Positions 28,588 to 42,665 of a stretch of DNA of 64,000 nucleotides are shown here, piece by piece. Positions within the stretch are counted from its first letter, which is position 1. Each line of letters starts with the position of its first letter. Made by a program: the position numbers and the translations under genes. The notes beneath the pieces were generated by a model, which was not told the origin of the DNA, searched no databases, and saw only the letters and a program-made list of their open reading frames with translations. This DNA is from Eledone cirrhosa (taxonomy: Eukaryota): the NCBI GenBank assembly GCA_964016885.1, contig OZ024745.1:113212001-113276000 (forward strand). The letters run 5' to 3'.

Positions 28588-28743
28588 GAAGGTAGATTCT
28601 TTAACGTTTTCCTTAAATATGATATTTGTTTACGTTTTTCAAATCTTCCTATCAGGACGCATGATGTCGGTAAATAAATCTGTTTTATTGTTTTATATTA
28701 TCTAGTGATTCTACCGATTTCTCTACAAAGGAATTAAATGCTA

Positions 28744-28895
28744 CCGCTCAGGCGAGGAGGGTAAGTGGAAACCCACAAGCACAAAAGCAAGATCTGTCAA
28801 AGGACGGATGGACTCCCCAGAGTTAACGGAAATTCACCTGCAATTGGCTCAACGTAGTGAGTTCTGCTACACCTCATCGAGAGGTTAAACTCCAT
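28744..28895 (+). mobile_element. Probable RTE-type 5' UTR remnant
   Basis: GCTCAGGCGAGGAGGGT...CTGTCAAAGGACGGATG...GAGTTAACGG resembles 60415-60503. Confidence 0.45.
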
Positions 28896-29273
28896 GACAA
28901 TAACCCATGCAATCATAACTGTCCTGCTTTATTGCTTTAGCTTGTCACTGGTGACATAGCTGCGGGCATGGAGTGGGCACTATGGCTGTAGCATAAGAAA
29001 GTAACATTGACATCACAATGTGCAGATATTTCTTCCACAGTGGTGGAAGAGGGCCAACATGTTCAGATTCAACCGGTTAGAAGCACATAGTCACAAATCT
29101 ACAGGTGGGCGGCTCAAGTCCTAGCCTAACGTCACTGCACTACCAGCATGAAATGCAACATGCTTTGGTGAGGGCCCATGATAGCAGTATTTTGTAAAGA
29201 ATTAACAGTTATTACACACACACACACACACACACACCCACACACACACACACACACGCACATACGCACACAC

Positions 29274-29313
<40 letters not shown>

Positions 29314-31068
29314 ACACACGCGAACACACACACACACACACACACGCACACACACACACGCACACATACATATATATGATTAGCTTTCTATATAGGACAG
29401 ACGCCGCTGCTTGCGGTCCACTATCCCATTATTTTCCTTTTCTTTGTTTCTTTTTTGTCCTTCTATCTGTGCTGTTTGTTTTATCTCACAGACATCATGC
29501 CAGCAGAAAGATTTATCTTTATGTTGCACGATCCAGCATTTTAAAATGGTACTCTCAATTATATGTTGATGGTCTGCGAGCTGATGAGAATGAAGATATC
29601 TGTGTTTAAACTTGTCTTGTTCATTGCCTTTCTTTATTTACTCTCCAGCCACTCTCCTTGCTAACCTCTTTCAATATTTTCTATGTTTCATCTGCCTGTC
29701 ACCCACCTTATTGAATGTCTATCTCTGTTGACCACTGGCCACTGGTATCAGTCCTCTGAGACATGTTTGCCCATCGTTGTCTTTTACAGCATTTAGCTGT
29801 TTTAACGGCAGTTCTAGCGATAAGTTTTCTCATTTTTATATGTATTCAAATACACTCTTGCTTCGTCTCGATCAGACACAACATTGTTTTTTCTCATATA
29901 AATAGTATATTTAAAAGTTCATACTCTTAACATGTATGCGTGACCTTAGGTTTCGTGGTCCCGTTATTGCCACAGCTGTATAGTGGAAGAGCCGTTTCAA
30001 AACAGACCCCTCATCAGGCGCCAGGACAAAATTACAAAAGAAAACAACAATAAAAAACAAAAACAGGTTAGCCCACTAAATTTTGAAAGCGGTGGCCATA
30101 ATTGGAAACCTGAAATTTAAGGTGGCGCTTACATATTAAGTGTATGACATTTTAAATATACTAAATAAGCGCCTTTGCAACAGATTGACTATTGTTTTCC
30201 TTGGCCTTTTATCTACGGATATCCAGCATAAACCCACACACATACGAACACACATACACAAACACACATACATATATATATAAATATATGTTTTCTTTAT
30301 AGCATTTCGCTTCTTGCATCTGTCGTCTACTTCTAATCTGTTGTATTTCATCTTCCCTACGTTCGCATGTGTACTTTTAGATTTTTCTCTCGTTCCACAA
30401 AAGATCACATTGAAAATTATCTTGTACGTAACTCCTAGGTTATATTTCTATCGTCGTGTATTTAGTGTGCAATTCCTAATCGATTTTACATGTATTTCTT
30501 GCTGAACGAATTGAAAACGCTCCAAAAGACAATCATTTTTTAGATTTTTCTTCAAAGACAGACATATCAAATTACTCTTTCAGTAAGCGTAGACTGTCAT
30601 GGGACGATTGTTTTAAATTTTAAAGTAAATGCAAAGTCGAATTTGATTGATGAGATATTTCTCAGGAGATGAGATTTTTTCAGGTATCGTTCCAGGTTCT
30701 TCGTTTCTTTGATAAGACAATGAGGAGACCTGTTCATAAATACGGCAAAATATCCTTATTTACATTCTTGTGTTGGGTATCTCCCAAACCACTATGTCGT
30801 AGCAATCGTTCAATAAATCGTGAATCAGAAACTTCCACTTAACACACAAACACGTGCACCCCACAAGCATATATATTTAGACACCACTAATATATACGCT
30901 GATGCACACAAAACACCAAAAATAACACACACACAAACTCACATGTCCCCCATTGTCAGTTTATTTTTCTAATATATTTAATATTGTACTCTCTTGATGA
31001 AGGACTAATGACCAATACGTCGAAGTGTGAACCTAATAACACTAATAGCGTTTGTATCTATGTGTTTG

Positions 31069-31227
<159 letters not shown>

Positions 31228-31234
31228 TATATAT

Positions 31235-31796
31235 TTCAAATACTTGGGTAGCTATATTGCCTCCACAGAACATGATGTTAACATCAGACTGGGAAAAGCC
31301 TGGGGAGCATTGAATGCAATGGAAAAAATATGGAAATCAAACCTGCCGGCCAAACTGAAAAGGAATTTCTTCAGAGCTGCTGTCGAATCTGTGCTTGTTT
31401 ATCACTGTGCTCTATCACTTGGACGCTAACGTCAAAACTGGAGAAAAAGCTAGAGGGGGCATACACTCGCTTGCTCCGTGCTGCTTTAAACGTATCTTGG
31501 AGGGAACACCCAACAAATAAGGATCTCTATGGCAATATACCACCTTTCAGCAAGTCAATACGTAAACAGAGACTCAGATTTGCTGGCCACTGTTGGCGCA
31601 GCAAGGAAGAAATAGCAGGCGATGTATTGTTATGGAGTCCATCTCATGGAGTAAGAAACGCTGGTCGTCCCAAGAAGACATACGTCAAGCAACACTTGAG
31701 GACGATACTGGATGCACTGGCAAACGCTATGAGAGACAGAGATGGAGGGAGAAACGTGTCGTAGAAAGCCGAGCAAGCTCGACCTGATGATGATGA
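31235..31796 (+). mobile_element. RTE LINE 3' part with (TGA)n tail
   Basis: FKYLGSYI...[19 protein letters not shown]...QRLRFAGHCWR...GRPKKTYVKQ. Confidence 0.9.
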
Positions 31797-31819
31797 ATAT
31801 ATATGTATATATATTTTTA

Positions 31820-32036
31820 GGAACGATCGACTTTCGTCAAATCGGACCGAGGGAACTATGTTTCCGTTGGTCTTTCCAATTGCTAATACTATCTATCGGT
31901 CGCAACTCCAGGTAGAAGGAGCAACGTGAAATAAAGTGTCTTGCTCAAGGACATAACGCATCGCCTGGTCCAGGAATCGAACTCACAACCTTACGATCGC
32001 GAATCCAATCTCTAACCACGCAGCCACACGCCTTCA
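31820..32036 (-). mobile_element. CORE-type SINE family B
   Basis: Near-identical to 16621-16820. Confidence 0.8.
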
Positions 32037-32037
32037 C

Positions 32038-32098
<61 letters not shown>

Positions 32099-32115
32099 TT
32101 AGGTATATATAAATG

Positions 32116-32830
32116 TAAGTATGTATGTATACGTACATACATATATGTATACAGACGTACAGTAGTATGTATATATATATACATACATGCACACATATAT
32201 ATATATGTACGTATGGGCTTACCGAACATTTATTATAATGCTCGGTTTGTTTGTTTGTAAACAAACAAACAGCCCGAATTACGCCGTACAGTGTTCAGGC
32301 AACCATCGTCACCCTTTTGTTCAACACTGACACAGGAACGCTGTACTAGTTTCAAGCTTATTAGTTATCGTCAGCATCGTATACCTTCTTGCCAGATGAT
32401 TGAACGTCTGAAAGTATATACTTTCCTTATGCATATTAAAGGCTGAGCAGTCTAATTTGCATATCGAGTGAGTTAGTCGGTCGGGCGCACCGAAAACGAT
32501 AAATGGAAAAGAATGAAACGAAATTTCATTTCTCACTCTTAGTACGGCTGATACTTAAATTTAAGTATGTATGTATACGTACATACATATATGTATACAG
32601 ACGTACAGTAATATGTATATATATACATACATGCACACATATATATATGTACATATGCATAAGTAAAGTATATACTTTCAGAGGTTCAATCATCTGGCAG
32701 GAAGGTATACGATGCTAACGATAGCTAATAAGCTTGAAACTAGTATATCGTGTCAGTGTTGAACAAAAGGGCGACGATGGTTGCCTGAACACCGTACGGC
32801 GTAATTCAGGCTGTTTGTTTGTTTACAAAG
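32116..32830. mobile_element. Family E element: 446-bp monomer, partial direct repeat and inverted segment
   Basis: 32116-32210 is repeated at 32562-32652, and 32255-32435 is inverted at 32653-32828. Other copies at 45917-46385, 58405-58700 and 25935-25996. Confidence 0.8.
32339..32379 (-). ncRNA. Minimal type-I HHR motif (family E); mutated inverted copy at 32710-32750(+)
   Basis: Minus strand: CGATG-CTGACGA-TAACTAATAAGCTT-GAAA-CTAG-TA-CAGCG. Stem II is AGCT/AGCT in the other copies, and the stem III loop is palindromic CUAG. Confidence 0.7.
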
Positions 32831-32878
32831 AACTAGCTGTCAAAACGGCCGGTGCTCAGCCGTTGGTGTCCTGAATCT

Positions 32879-32927
<49 letters not shown>

Positions 32928-33000
32928 TAGATATATGTGTGTGTAGGGTGTGCGTGTGTGTGTGTGTGAGAGAGAGAGTGTGTGTGTGTGTGTGTGTGTA

Positions 33001-33031
<31 letters not shown>

Positions 33032-33104
33032 GTGTGTTTATTGAACAATGAAAATAAAACAAAAGTCGTAGATAGATGCTTAATTCGTTCATAGTTTTAC
33101 GAGT

Positions 33105-33312
33105 TGGTTGATCATGGTAGATCGATATATCGACTAACAGATAGCGGTTACGTTACTATCCCTTTCTCGTCTCGAAGTTCCAGATCAATCTCACCATCTT
33201 CCTCAGAAACAATTGTCTCTGAGATTATTCAGGGACTTCGAGACTAGAAACAGGTAGGAACGTAACCACTGTCTGTTAATCGATATATCGATCTGCTACC
33301 ATCAATCAACCC
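33105..33312. repeat. Degenerate inverted repeat
   Basis: GATCGATATATCGACTAACAGATAGCGGTTACGTT / AACGTAACCACTGTCTGTTAATCGATATATCGATC. Confidence 0.75.
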
Positions 33313-33499
33313 TCTGAAACGATCGTAAAACAATGAACTAATTAACCACATATTTCTGTCATATGTTTTATTTGAGAGAATAAAGAATAATCTACTTGGT
33401 ACATTTAAAGAATTATGAGTTTAATAGTAATTACAAATATTATGCTAATCGAATATTACATTGGTTCATTAGATCTTAATTTAGAGAAATATTAACCAT

Positions 33500-34320
33500 A
33501 GAGAAATTATAACAAAACCTTATTTACTTCGGCACTCCTGCCATCCATCATCTTATAAACGTTGTCAGCAATACGAGTACAATAATCACTGATATCTAAG
33601 GCAAATGGACAAGTGAGATATCTAAAAGATACTACAAAAAAGCATTGGATAATCATTGCTCTTGTGAATGGATTAAGTTCACCGTCATTCATGAAACAAA
33701 CTCAGCTGATGGAAATAAAATCACCACTGTAAAATGAGCTGGTATAATCCAGCGTTCGAAATGAATATTAACTCATACGTCGCCCAAAGTTTCCGAAATC
33801 TGATGCCAAAGTATTTCCCTAAAGTTGACAATATTTGAAAATTTTCAATCTAATGACTTAAAAACCGAAATAAATTTGTATGAACAATATGAGAAACACC
33901 GTCACTGGTAGTAGGTGGGAAAAATCTCCCAAGAACTCAATCAATAAAATAATTGCAACTGCCAAAATAAGAAATTATGTCATCCAAATAATTTGTGTAA
34001 AGCAAAACCCCTAATCGACGAACCTACTGTATAAGTCGAAAGTGGCAAACAGATAACTTATATATTATTCTGGGAGACAACCACAGTTCCACTAGTCGTG
34101 ATATAAACAAATGAAATAATACAGCATTATCAAGCTACACGTGGAATTTAAAAGACAGCAACGTCAGCAATCTTAATATCATTTTACGTGTAGTGTATTT
34201 CAGCAATAACCTATATTGTCTGCATTAAATTCCTCAGCCTCTGTAATGCTGAAAAATACTAAATTGTCTAATTCCTTGAATAAAAGATTAGAAATGAAAT
34301 ACTTTTAAAATGACGTTTTG
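33500..34320 (+). pseudogene. Highly decayed Penelope-like element (linker and GIY-YIG region)
   Basis: Manual translation gives WYNPAFEMNINSYVAQSFRNLMPKYFPK (33740), TALSSYTWNLKD (34121), LCNAEK and LNKRLE, which match conserved PLE C-terminal blocks. Many stops. Confidence 0.6.
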
Positions 34321-34442
34321 AAAATATATTCGTTCTATCAAATCACAAGAGAGTAAGAGAACGAGATTTTAAAAAATACTGTCACAATAATATGATGGAA
34401 GAAGGATATATTCTAAAATATATAGGCTAACATGTGTGTGCT

Positions 34443-34481
<39 letters not shown>

Positions 34482-34608
34482 CGGCGATGAATTAGTTTTG
34501 CAAGGTTTTTGATATGAAATCGTGTGTAGAAACAAATATTGTTATACAGTGAGTGTGTTCTGTTATTAATTCTGGCAATATAGCACAAATATGACCCTCC
34601 CCAAGTAT

Positions 34609-34649
<41 letters not shown>

Positions 34650-34650
<1 letters not shown>

Positions 34651-37270
34651 ATTGTACGGAATAAAAACAGCTACAACCCAACAAAAGGTAGAAACAGAGT
34701 CCTGGACAAATTTTGTGACCACATAGCTACTTTCCCATACCATGAACTACCGCAACCTAAATCCAAACCCAACACGAGTCGAAGGGAATGGGAGATTATC
34801 CATGAACTAAAAAACAATACGGACATTATAATTAAGGAAGCGAACAAGGGAAGTACTGTTGTCATAATGGAGGCTGAAAAATATAAAAATTCTATGTTGT
34901 CTCTCTTACAAAATACTAATTACTATGAAAGAATAAAAATCTACCAGCAATCAAAAACAATGACCAGATTAAATACACTGATTTATCGATACCAGGAAGA
35001 CCTAACTAAAAAGGAACCCGATTATTTAACACATTTTGAATACAAAACCAGCAACCTTTACGGACTTCCGAAGATCCACAAGTGTAAAATAATTAACGAT
35101 GCCTGTAAACAATCCACCTCAGCCTGCGTGAACACACAATACCCCACATACCTTAAATTAAGACCAATTGTAGCGGGCCCACAATGTGAAACACACAAAC
35201 TGACCAACTTTATAGACATACTACTAAAACCAATTCTCAAACACATACCAAGCCTTGTAACAACGACACTATTATTGTGTCTTTCGATGTAGTGAATCTC
35301 TACACAACGATCCCACACCAATACGGACTAGAAGCAATAGGATTCTGGCTAGAGAAATATCCCAATGAGATACCTGGCAGAATAGAAAAAAGCTTCATCA
35401 CCGAGGGATTAAAATTCATCTTACAGAACAACTTTTTTGATTTCGATGGCAGTACTTACAAGCAAATATTGGGGACTGCGATGGGTACAAAAGCCGCTCC
35501 AACTTATGCCAACTTAGTCATGGCATACTTAGAAGTCCAGATATATGAACAGTCCAAATCAAAATACGGATTGAACTTCCACACATATTTATCAGAAAAT
35601 TGGAAACGCTACTTGGATGATTGCCTCATTCTTTGGTCCCACACACTCGACCAACTGAAGGATTTCAAAAATTTAATAAACGGCATCAATAACCACATCC
35701 AATTAACAATGTAATACAGCCAAGATCAACTCCCATTTCTGGACATCTTAATCTTAAAAAAAGACACAAATATTGAAACTGACATACACTACAAACCAAC
35801 AGATTCCAAACAATACCTGCTATTCACCTCCAACCATCCAAAGCACATGAAGACGAACATTCCTTTTAACCTAGCAGAGAAGAATTTGCACAATTGTCTC
35901 CAATTATGAAACGCGAAATAAAAGACTTCAAGAATTAAAGGAAATTCTACTCGAAAGAGAGTACCCACCATTACTAATAAATAATGGAATAGAAAGGGCT
36001 AAAGCAATAGGCATTGATGAATTACGAAAACAGAAACAAATTCAAGGTACGTCCAATATTCTATCATATATCTCAACACACAACCCAAGAAATGCGGAAG
36101 CTTACAACACTATTCACAAGAACATGCCACTACTAAAACAAAACCCAAGAATGAAAAAAGCCCTTGAAACACACAAAATAATCAAAAGCAAAAGACAACT
36201 GAAATCACTGAAAACATTACTCACCAATGCCAAATTACCTACCACAAACCCACAACCAACTGTCAAAAGATGTGGTCGCTCTAATTGTGGAACATGCACT
36301 CACCTCATTGAAAGCAACACGTATACATTTAAATCAGGACAACATTTTACTGTAAAAAATCACTTCACTTGCTCATCAAAAAATCTAATTTATGCCATTA
36401 AATGTAAAGGATGCAATGAAGATTATATAGGACAAACTAAACTCACACTCAGAAACAGAATGACAGTTCATCGCCAACAATTACGAGATCCAACCACGAG
36501 ACAGATACCACTAAGCGCATATCTACATATATGCGCAAGTAATAAGACACCCAAATTCCAAGTCTTCCCATTTTACCTTTGCGCTAACAATACAACAGAA
36601 CAAATACGAATAAATAAGGAAAATATGTTTTTTCAAAAATATAGACCAGCATTAAATATGGTTTAATATACATTATGTCAACACGATAACATGCTAACCA
36701 TCCAAACATACACATACACACACACATAACACCTGCTACTTTAGAAAATAAAAACCCGAACTAAATAAACCTTAACATACGTTTGCACTGACAATACAAC
36801 AGAACAAATACGAATAAGTAAGGAAAATATGTTCATTCAAAAATATTCCTACTAAAGGAATCATTTTCCTACACACGCACACACACACACAATATATATA
36901 TATTCTCTTCATCTTAACATGCTAACCATACTCCCACACACATAACACCCATACACACACATAACAACCCCCACCTCCACAAACACAACTCCTTCCCCCA
37001 TTTCTACTAATAGAGCCACTTTTTCCATATAAAACAAGTAACATTCAGAGACCAACCAGATGTGAGAAAAACCACAGACCCTCCATCTCAACTCTACTTT
37101 TGAAAAGCAGAAGAACTGCGAAACCGGTAAAGGAACCAAATAAATATATATATTTTTTAAAAATAAGACTCCAGTTGCATTTTCGATTTCATCTTTTTTT
37201 CTTTATACTTTCACTCGTGTAGGACACCTCGGTTATTTTTCATTTTGTAAAAATAATCCTCACTTTCTAA
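34650..37270 (+). mobile_element. Penelope-like retroelement (Neptune-type RT + GIY-YIG), disrupted ORF plus 3' terminal repeat
   Basis: IIKEANKGSTVVIM, LYGLPKIHK, LRPIVAG, SFDVVNLYT, GTAMGTKAAPTYANL, RYLDD, Cys linker CGRSNCGTC and NLIYAIKC...DYIGQT. Frameshift at ~35265 and TAA at 35712. The 5' end sits in (TA)n. Confidence 0.93.
37096..37133 (+). ncRNA. Variant type-I HHR (U3-A8 core) in the Penelope 3' terminal repeat (family G)
   Basis: ACTT-TTGAAAA-GCAG-AAGAA-CTGC-GAAA-CCGG-TA-AAGG. Confidence 0.75.
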
Positions 37271-37361
37271 TAATAATAATTGTTTCTACTTTAGGCACAA
37301 GGCCAGCAATTACCCAGTGCATTACTGGTACTTTATTTTACTTTCTAATAATAATAATAAT

Positions 37362-37423
<62 letters not shown>

Positions 37424-37427
<4 letters not shown>

Positions 37428-37583
37428 ATAATAATAAATTTGAAGACTAAAATCCAAAGAGGGCTCGATAAGGATAAATATATATCAAATATATAAGAAC
37501 CGTAGAGCAAATATTTATTAAAATATCCCGTTAAGGGTGAAAGCAGCGATTCTTTGCTTAAACTTTAATCTGTTATTTTAATA
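37424..37583. mobile_element. Short (TA)n-embedded repeat family (pLTR-like pieces)
   Basis: Blocks recur at 49512-49612(-), 50890-50935, 51021-51072, 63674-63786 and 11752-11786. Includes CCC-GTTAA-GGGT-GAAA, a possible HHR 3' half. Confidence 0.6.
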
Positions 37584-37690
37584 TATATATATATATATAT
37601 ACATGGAAAGTTATATTTAAATTGTTGGGTTACAACTAGTAAATATTTATAACTGATATAAAAGCACTCGACAAGTATTTGGAGTATATT

Positions 37691-38156
<466 letters not shown>

Positions 38157-38959
38157 AACGTAGAGAAGTGACACACGAGTTGATATATATATAAAAAAAT
38201 AGTAAAAAATAAAAGAAAACACAGTTGTGGTAGCCTTTTAAGTTGCTGGCTTCATATGCTGTAGTTTTTTCACCCTAGCAAATTTGGTCCTTACGATTCG
38301 AACACATGTATGTTTATATTAGTATTCATCTCTCTTGTTTATTCATATATATGTATGTATGTATTTTTGTTTGTATGTAGTTTTTCCAAATAAAAAATAG
38401 AAAAAAATCAATTAGCAGTAGGAGGAAAAAATGAATGGGGTAAAACACATCACACGGGTTGCATTTTTCAAAATATTTCTAGGAACGATAATTGAATATT
38501 TGCATTTGGGGCTGAGTTTTGTTTGGCTGCTCTTGGGGGATTGATATCTCGCTGTGTTTTTCATAGTTTAGTCAACATGCAAGGTAGGATTCGCCCTGTA
38601 AAAACATGTTTTAAAAATATATACAACCGGGACTATATACTAGAAAACGTTGCAGATGTATGATTTTATGGTTATATCATATAAATCGACATTTATTATA
38701 TAAGATATTTGATAAAGGAATATATTAATATGCGGGATATTATAATGTCAGGCAACAATATATTAATATAACTAATAACTAATAGGTGTGTGATGGTGTA
38801 GGTAGAGCTGAAAATAGAGAGCACAGGGTACGTGGAAGATAAATGTTTACTCTCAAATAATAGATCAATGGGGTTAAGTTAATTCCAATATAACTTATTA
38901 AGTTAATTCCAATATAACATTCTCCTCTTACATATATGGCTATCACACAAGAAGTCTCT

Positions 38960-39660
38960 CTTAATCCCCCTCTCTGTATCTACTAAAACGAAATCCTACC
39001 CCTCTCTAAATCTACTACGACACCACCTCTCTTATTCCACTCCCTATATCTAGGACTAATATTCTCTCTCACCCTCTCTATATCTACCTCATAGCACTCA
39101 CCCATTATCCATCTTTGTATATCTACAACCACCAAATTATTCCCCTCTCTATATGTACTATACAGTGCTCTCTTCCAAACCCCCTGTATATATCAATTAA
39201 CACCAATCACTCCCCCTCTCTATATCTACTACACGCAACTCTCTCCAAAACCTACTCACTATAACAATTACCACCAAACTATCCCCCACTTTATATCTAC
39301 TATAAACACTCTTTCTTATTCCATCTCACTCTATCCATTACCACCAAACTCTCTGCCCTCTCTATATCTAGCAATACCTATCTCTATCAAACCTTTCACA
39401 CTATTCATTACCACCAAACTCTCCCCTCACTACATCAACCATAGAACACCCTCTCCCAAATTCCCCTCTATATCAATTAACACCAAAGTCTCCCCCTCTT
39501 TATATCTACTACACCGTACTCTCTTCCACCCCCCTCTCTATATCAATTAACACCAAAATCTCTCCCTCTTTCTATATACTACACGGTACTCTCTTCTAAC
39601 CCCCCTCTCTATATCAAGTAACACCAAACTCTCCCCCCTCTCTATATCTATATCTATCTC
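38960..39660. repeat. Degenerate C-rich minisatellite, ~35/70-bp period
   Basis: TATCAATTAACACCAAA recurs at 39471, 39541 and ~39612, alternating with TATATCTACTACAC subunits. Confidence 0.75.
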
Positions 39661-40339
39661 TCCCATCTGTCTCTACAGAACATGTAGATAAATTGTAGCA
39701 TATACAAATAGATATGTATTTTGTTAGTTTGGGGAGATAAATATAACTGCTAGGGGGCCATGGACCAGCCTGCCCTCATCCCCTAGTTCCACCGCCTCTG
39801 ATTAGTATTGAAAGTCTGTTCAACTGTCCATTATGCCGTTAATTCATCACTAATGTCTATCTTTATGTTTGTTTATTCTTGTCAAAATTTTGCAAATAAA
39901 ATAAAATCATGTAGTGCTTTTTGTGGGGTGTCCGGAAATTTGAGCACAGAGGTGTATTTTTTAAAATTTAACCTTGGTCTGTGTTCAAATATTTAAAAAA
40001 AGATTTAAGTTTATTGTTTATGAATTTTAAAATTGATATTTTCCGGTGTGGGAGAGTGTACCAGACTGTAACCATGCCTAGGGTCCCAGATAGTCTGGCG
40101 TCGGCCCTGGTATCACCTCATATTTACTCACCAATAACAGTTATATGTCACCTGAGTGCGCTAAATTACGAGTGTATGCGGGCACCATCGTTCGCGGTTG
40201 GGTTATCACGGGGACCACGTCAGCATCAGATGAAAATACTTTCCGACCTTTATTCTGCCCCCAACCAAAACCAAGCCTTCTCCTTCTTCACATTGTTGAT
40301 ATTTCACATATGTATGCATGTTTGTATGTATGTATGTAT

Positions 40340-40625
40340 GTTAAGAGAGTGGGAATGGCTTTGTGCAGTGCCTTTGCTCACTATAAAAGCTTCACGGCAC
40401 AGGCATTGCTTTATATCTGGAGATCTCTCTGCACTTGTCGTCACATGGTACCATGGGCCCAGCACTATGTGTCAATAATTGTCACAAGTGTAGTGTTTGT
40501 GCCAGAGTTTTCAAGTCGCTGGCTGGACTAAAAAGTCACACTCGCTCAGCGCATCGGTAGGAGTTCTCCTACATGGATATAAAGTAGTGGCCGTACTCGA
40601 AAACGAGTTGGCAGCCATATGTATG
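40340..40625 (+). mobile_element. RTE-type LINE 3' end with C2H2 zinc finger
   Basis: CSVCARVFKSLAGLKSHTRSAH. Near-identical to 60647-60925, in (TATG)n context. Confidence 0.75.
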
Positions 40626-40636
40626 AATATTGTATT

Positions 40637-40686
<50 letters not shown>

Positions 40687-41799
40687 GTAGTCGTCAGGGA
40701 AAGCAGGAGACTGTCAGTCAGACAGTGAGATATAAAATATAAAGACTGTTATTTGAAACCTGTGTCATCATAACAAGTATAGCATTCTGCGTTCAAATTA
40801 TTGATAAAGATAATGAAGTTTTTATTTATTCAAACAATCTGATTCAACTAACATGAATATGACTGGTAAATAGATTTAATTCAATCACACAATATGATGC
40901 TAATATAATATCATATTATTAATTCAATCTTTCTACTTGTAGTTCTTTCTTGCGTTTGACAGAAGACTTATTTTCTAATTCCTGCTTCTTGTTCTTACCT
41001 TTTGTTTGGTTAATTTTATGACATTTTTCGTACATCTAAAGCTCTCTTTTCCTTTAGCTCATTCCTTCGCTCTTTTACTTGCTTATCATTTCTGATCAGT
41101 TATGTTTCATCTTTCTTCTGGTTGCAAGCGTAATTTTAACCTTTTTTTACCTCCACCTGAAGATACTTTATTAAACCAATTCATTCTACATGCATTTCAC
41201 GCTCAATGAATTCAGGAATACACATAAACAATATTTAAAATTTTGTCTTCAAAGTTATATGAAATTATCTTTTCACTAAACATTTTGTCTCCTTGGGGGA
41301 TTTAGACAAAGATTTATTCGTTCAGTTCCACTGAAGTAATACTAGATCGAGTTAAATACGTAGAGAGATCTAGTACGAACAAAATGAACAAAGTGAATTT
41401 GTCCACATAAACTACAAAATATTTTGCTTTAGCTCAGTGTTGAAAATATCCTAGGAGCAAAGGCGCCAAGAATATTGTGGAAACTACACACACATGAATA
41501 ATAACTAGTATATCGTATTCAGCCAAAGGAGAAATCTATTGACTGAACGTAATTTGCGACTAAGAAATCGGGAATATGTATATCATATAATATAATATAA
41601 CAGCTAAGCACGATGCATGGTCAAGGCCAAGAGCAAAGAAGATAGAATCAATACATCCTATACCTACTTCAAAAACGTTTGGAAAAAGAAGCGATCGTAG
41701 AAGGAGATGTTGCAAGACATGAGGATATCGAATGAACCATTCACACAAGAAGACTATAAAACAGTAAAAGTGGAAATGACCGAAGTCAAGGCTTGGGTA

Positions 41800-42665
41800 T
41801 TTAATGGTATACTACCAGAAGTATTTGAAAAAAAATCATAGATAACGTCATGCTACACATTGCAAACAAGCTAATAGGTGGGGAAAAGCCTGAACAATGG
41901 TCAAACAGTCATTTAAAACTTTTGCCAAATTCTGAAGACATGAGAACCACACAAAATTATAGAGGTATATCACTTTCAGTCATAGCAGCTAAATTGGTAA
42001 ATAAAATGGTTTTGAATAGAATAAGACCCAAGATACATAAACATTTAGGACCATATCAGAACAGATATAAACCTGGACGCTCAACTACAGCTCATATTTA
42101 AACTCAGATAACAGTGATTGAAGGAGTGAAATCACACAATCTAAAGGTTGTGCCTGTATTCATAGATTAAAAAAAAGCATTTCACAGTCTCCATTGTAGA
42201 AGAATACTTCAGATTCTAAAAATGTGGTATTCCAGAAAAGCTTGTCAAATCAATTGGGATAATGTATGAAAACACAAGATTGGGAGGTATATCGCTGGAA
42301 CGCGAGTCAGAGTATTTTAGGGTATTAGCAAGTGGATTACAAGGAGATAAACTTGTAAACTTTCTTTTTGAAATTGTGCAAGTTTATCTCCCTGTAACAC
42401 ACTTGCTAACATCCTAAAATATTCTGAGTCGCGTTCCAGCAATATAACTCCCAGTCCTGTGTTCTCATATATTATTTCAATTGATTTGAAAAACTTTTGA
42501 AATTGTGCAGACTATGCAATGCGAAATGTAATTGTCGGAAGAGAAGAAGAACTGGGATTTAAGCTTGATCGTAGGAGACGCCGCAGACACAAACCTGAGA
42601 TCTTAACTGACACATATATTGCGTATGATATAATAACAGTATCGAAAGTAATTAATCAGGTACAG
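41800..42665 (+). pseudogene. Decayed RTE RT region with an internal inverted duplication
   Basis: NYRGISLSVIAAKLVNKMVLNRIRP...GRSTTAHI and GLQGDKL. 42380-42498 is the reverse complement of 42235-42352. Confidence 0.8.

Noticed and set aside
31785-31796. CTGATGA as a hammerhead core (also 29581, 50334, 62686)
   Set aside because: There is no stem II/GAAA/stem I context. The 31785 case is just the (TGA)n LINE tail.
34650-36666. Selenocysteine-recoding (Naiad-type) or still-active Penelope ORF
   Set aside because: The interruptions include a TAA stop (35712) and frameshifts, which Sec read-through cannot explain. This copy is dead.
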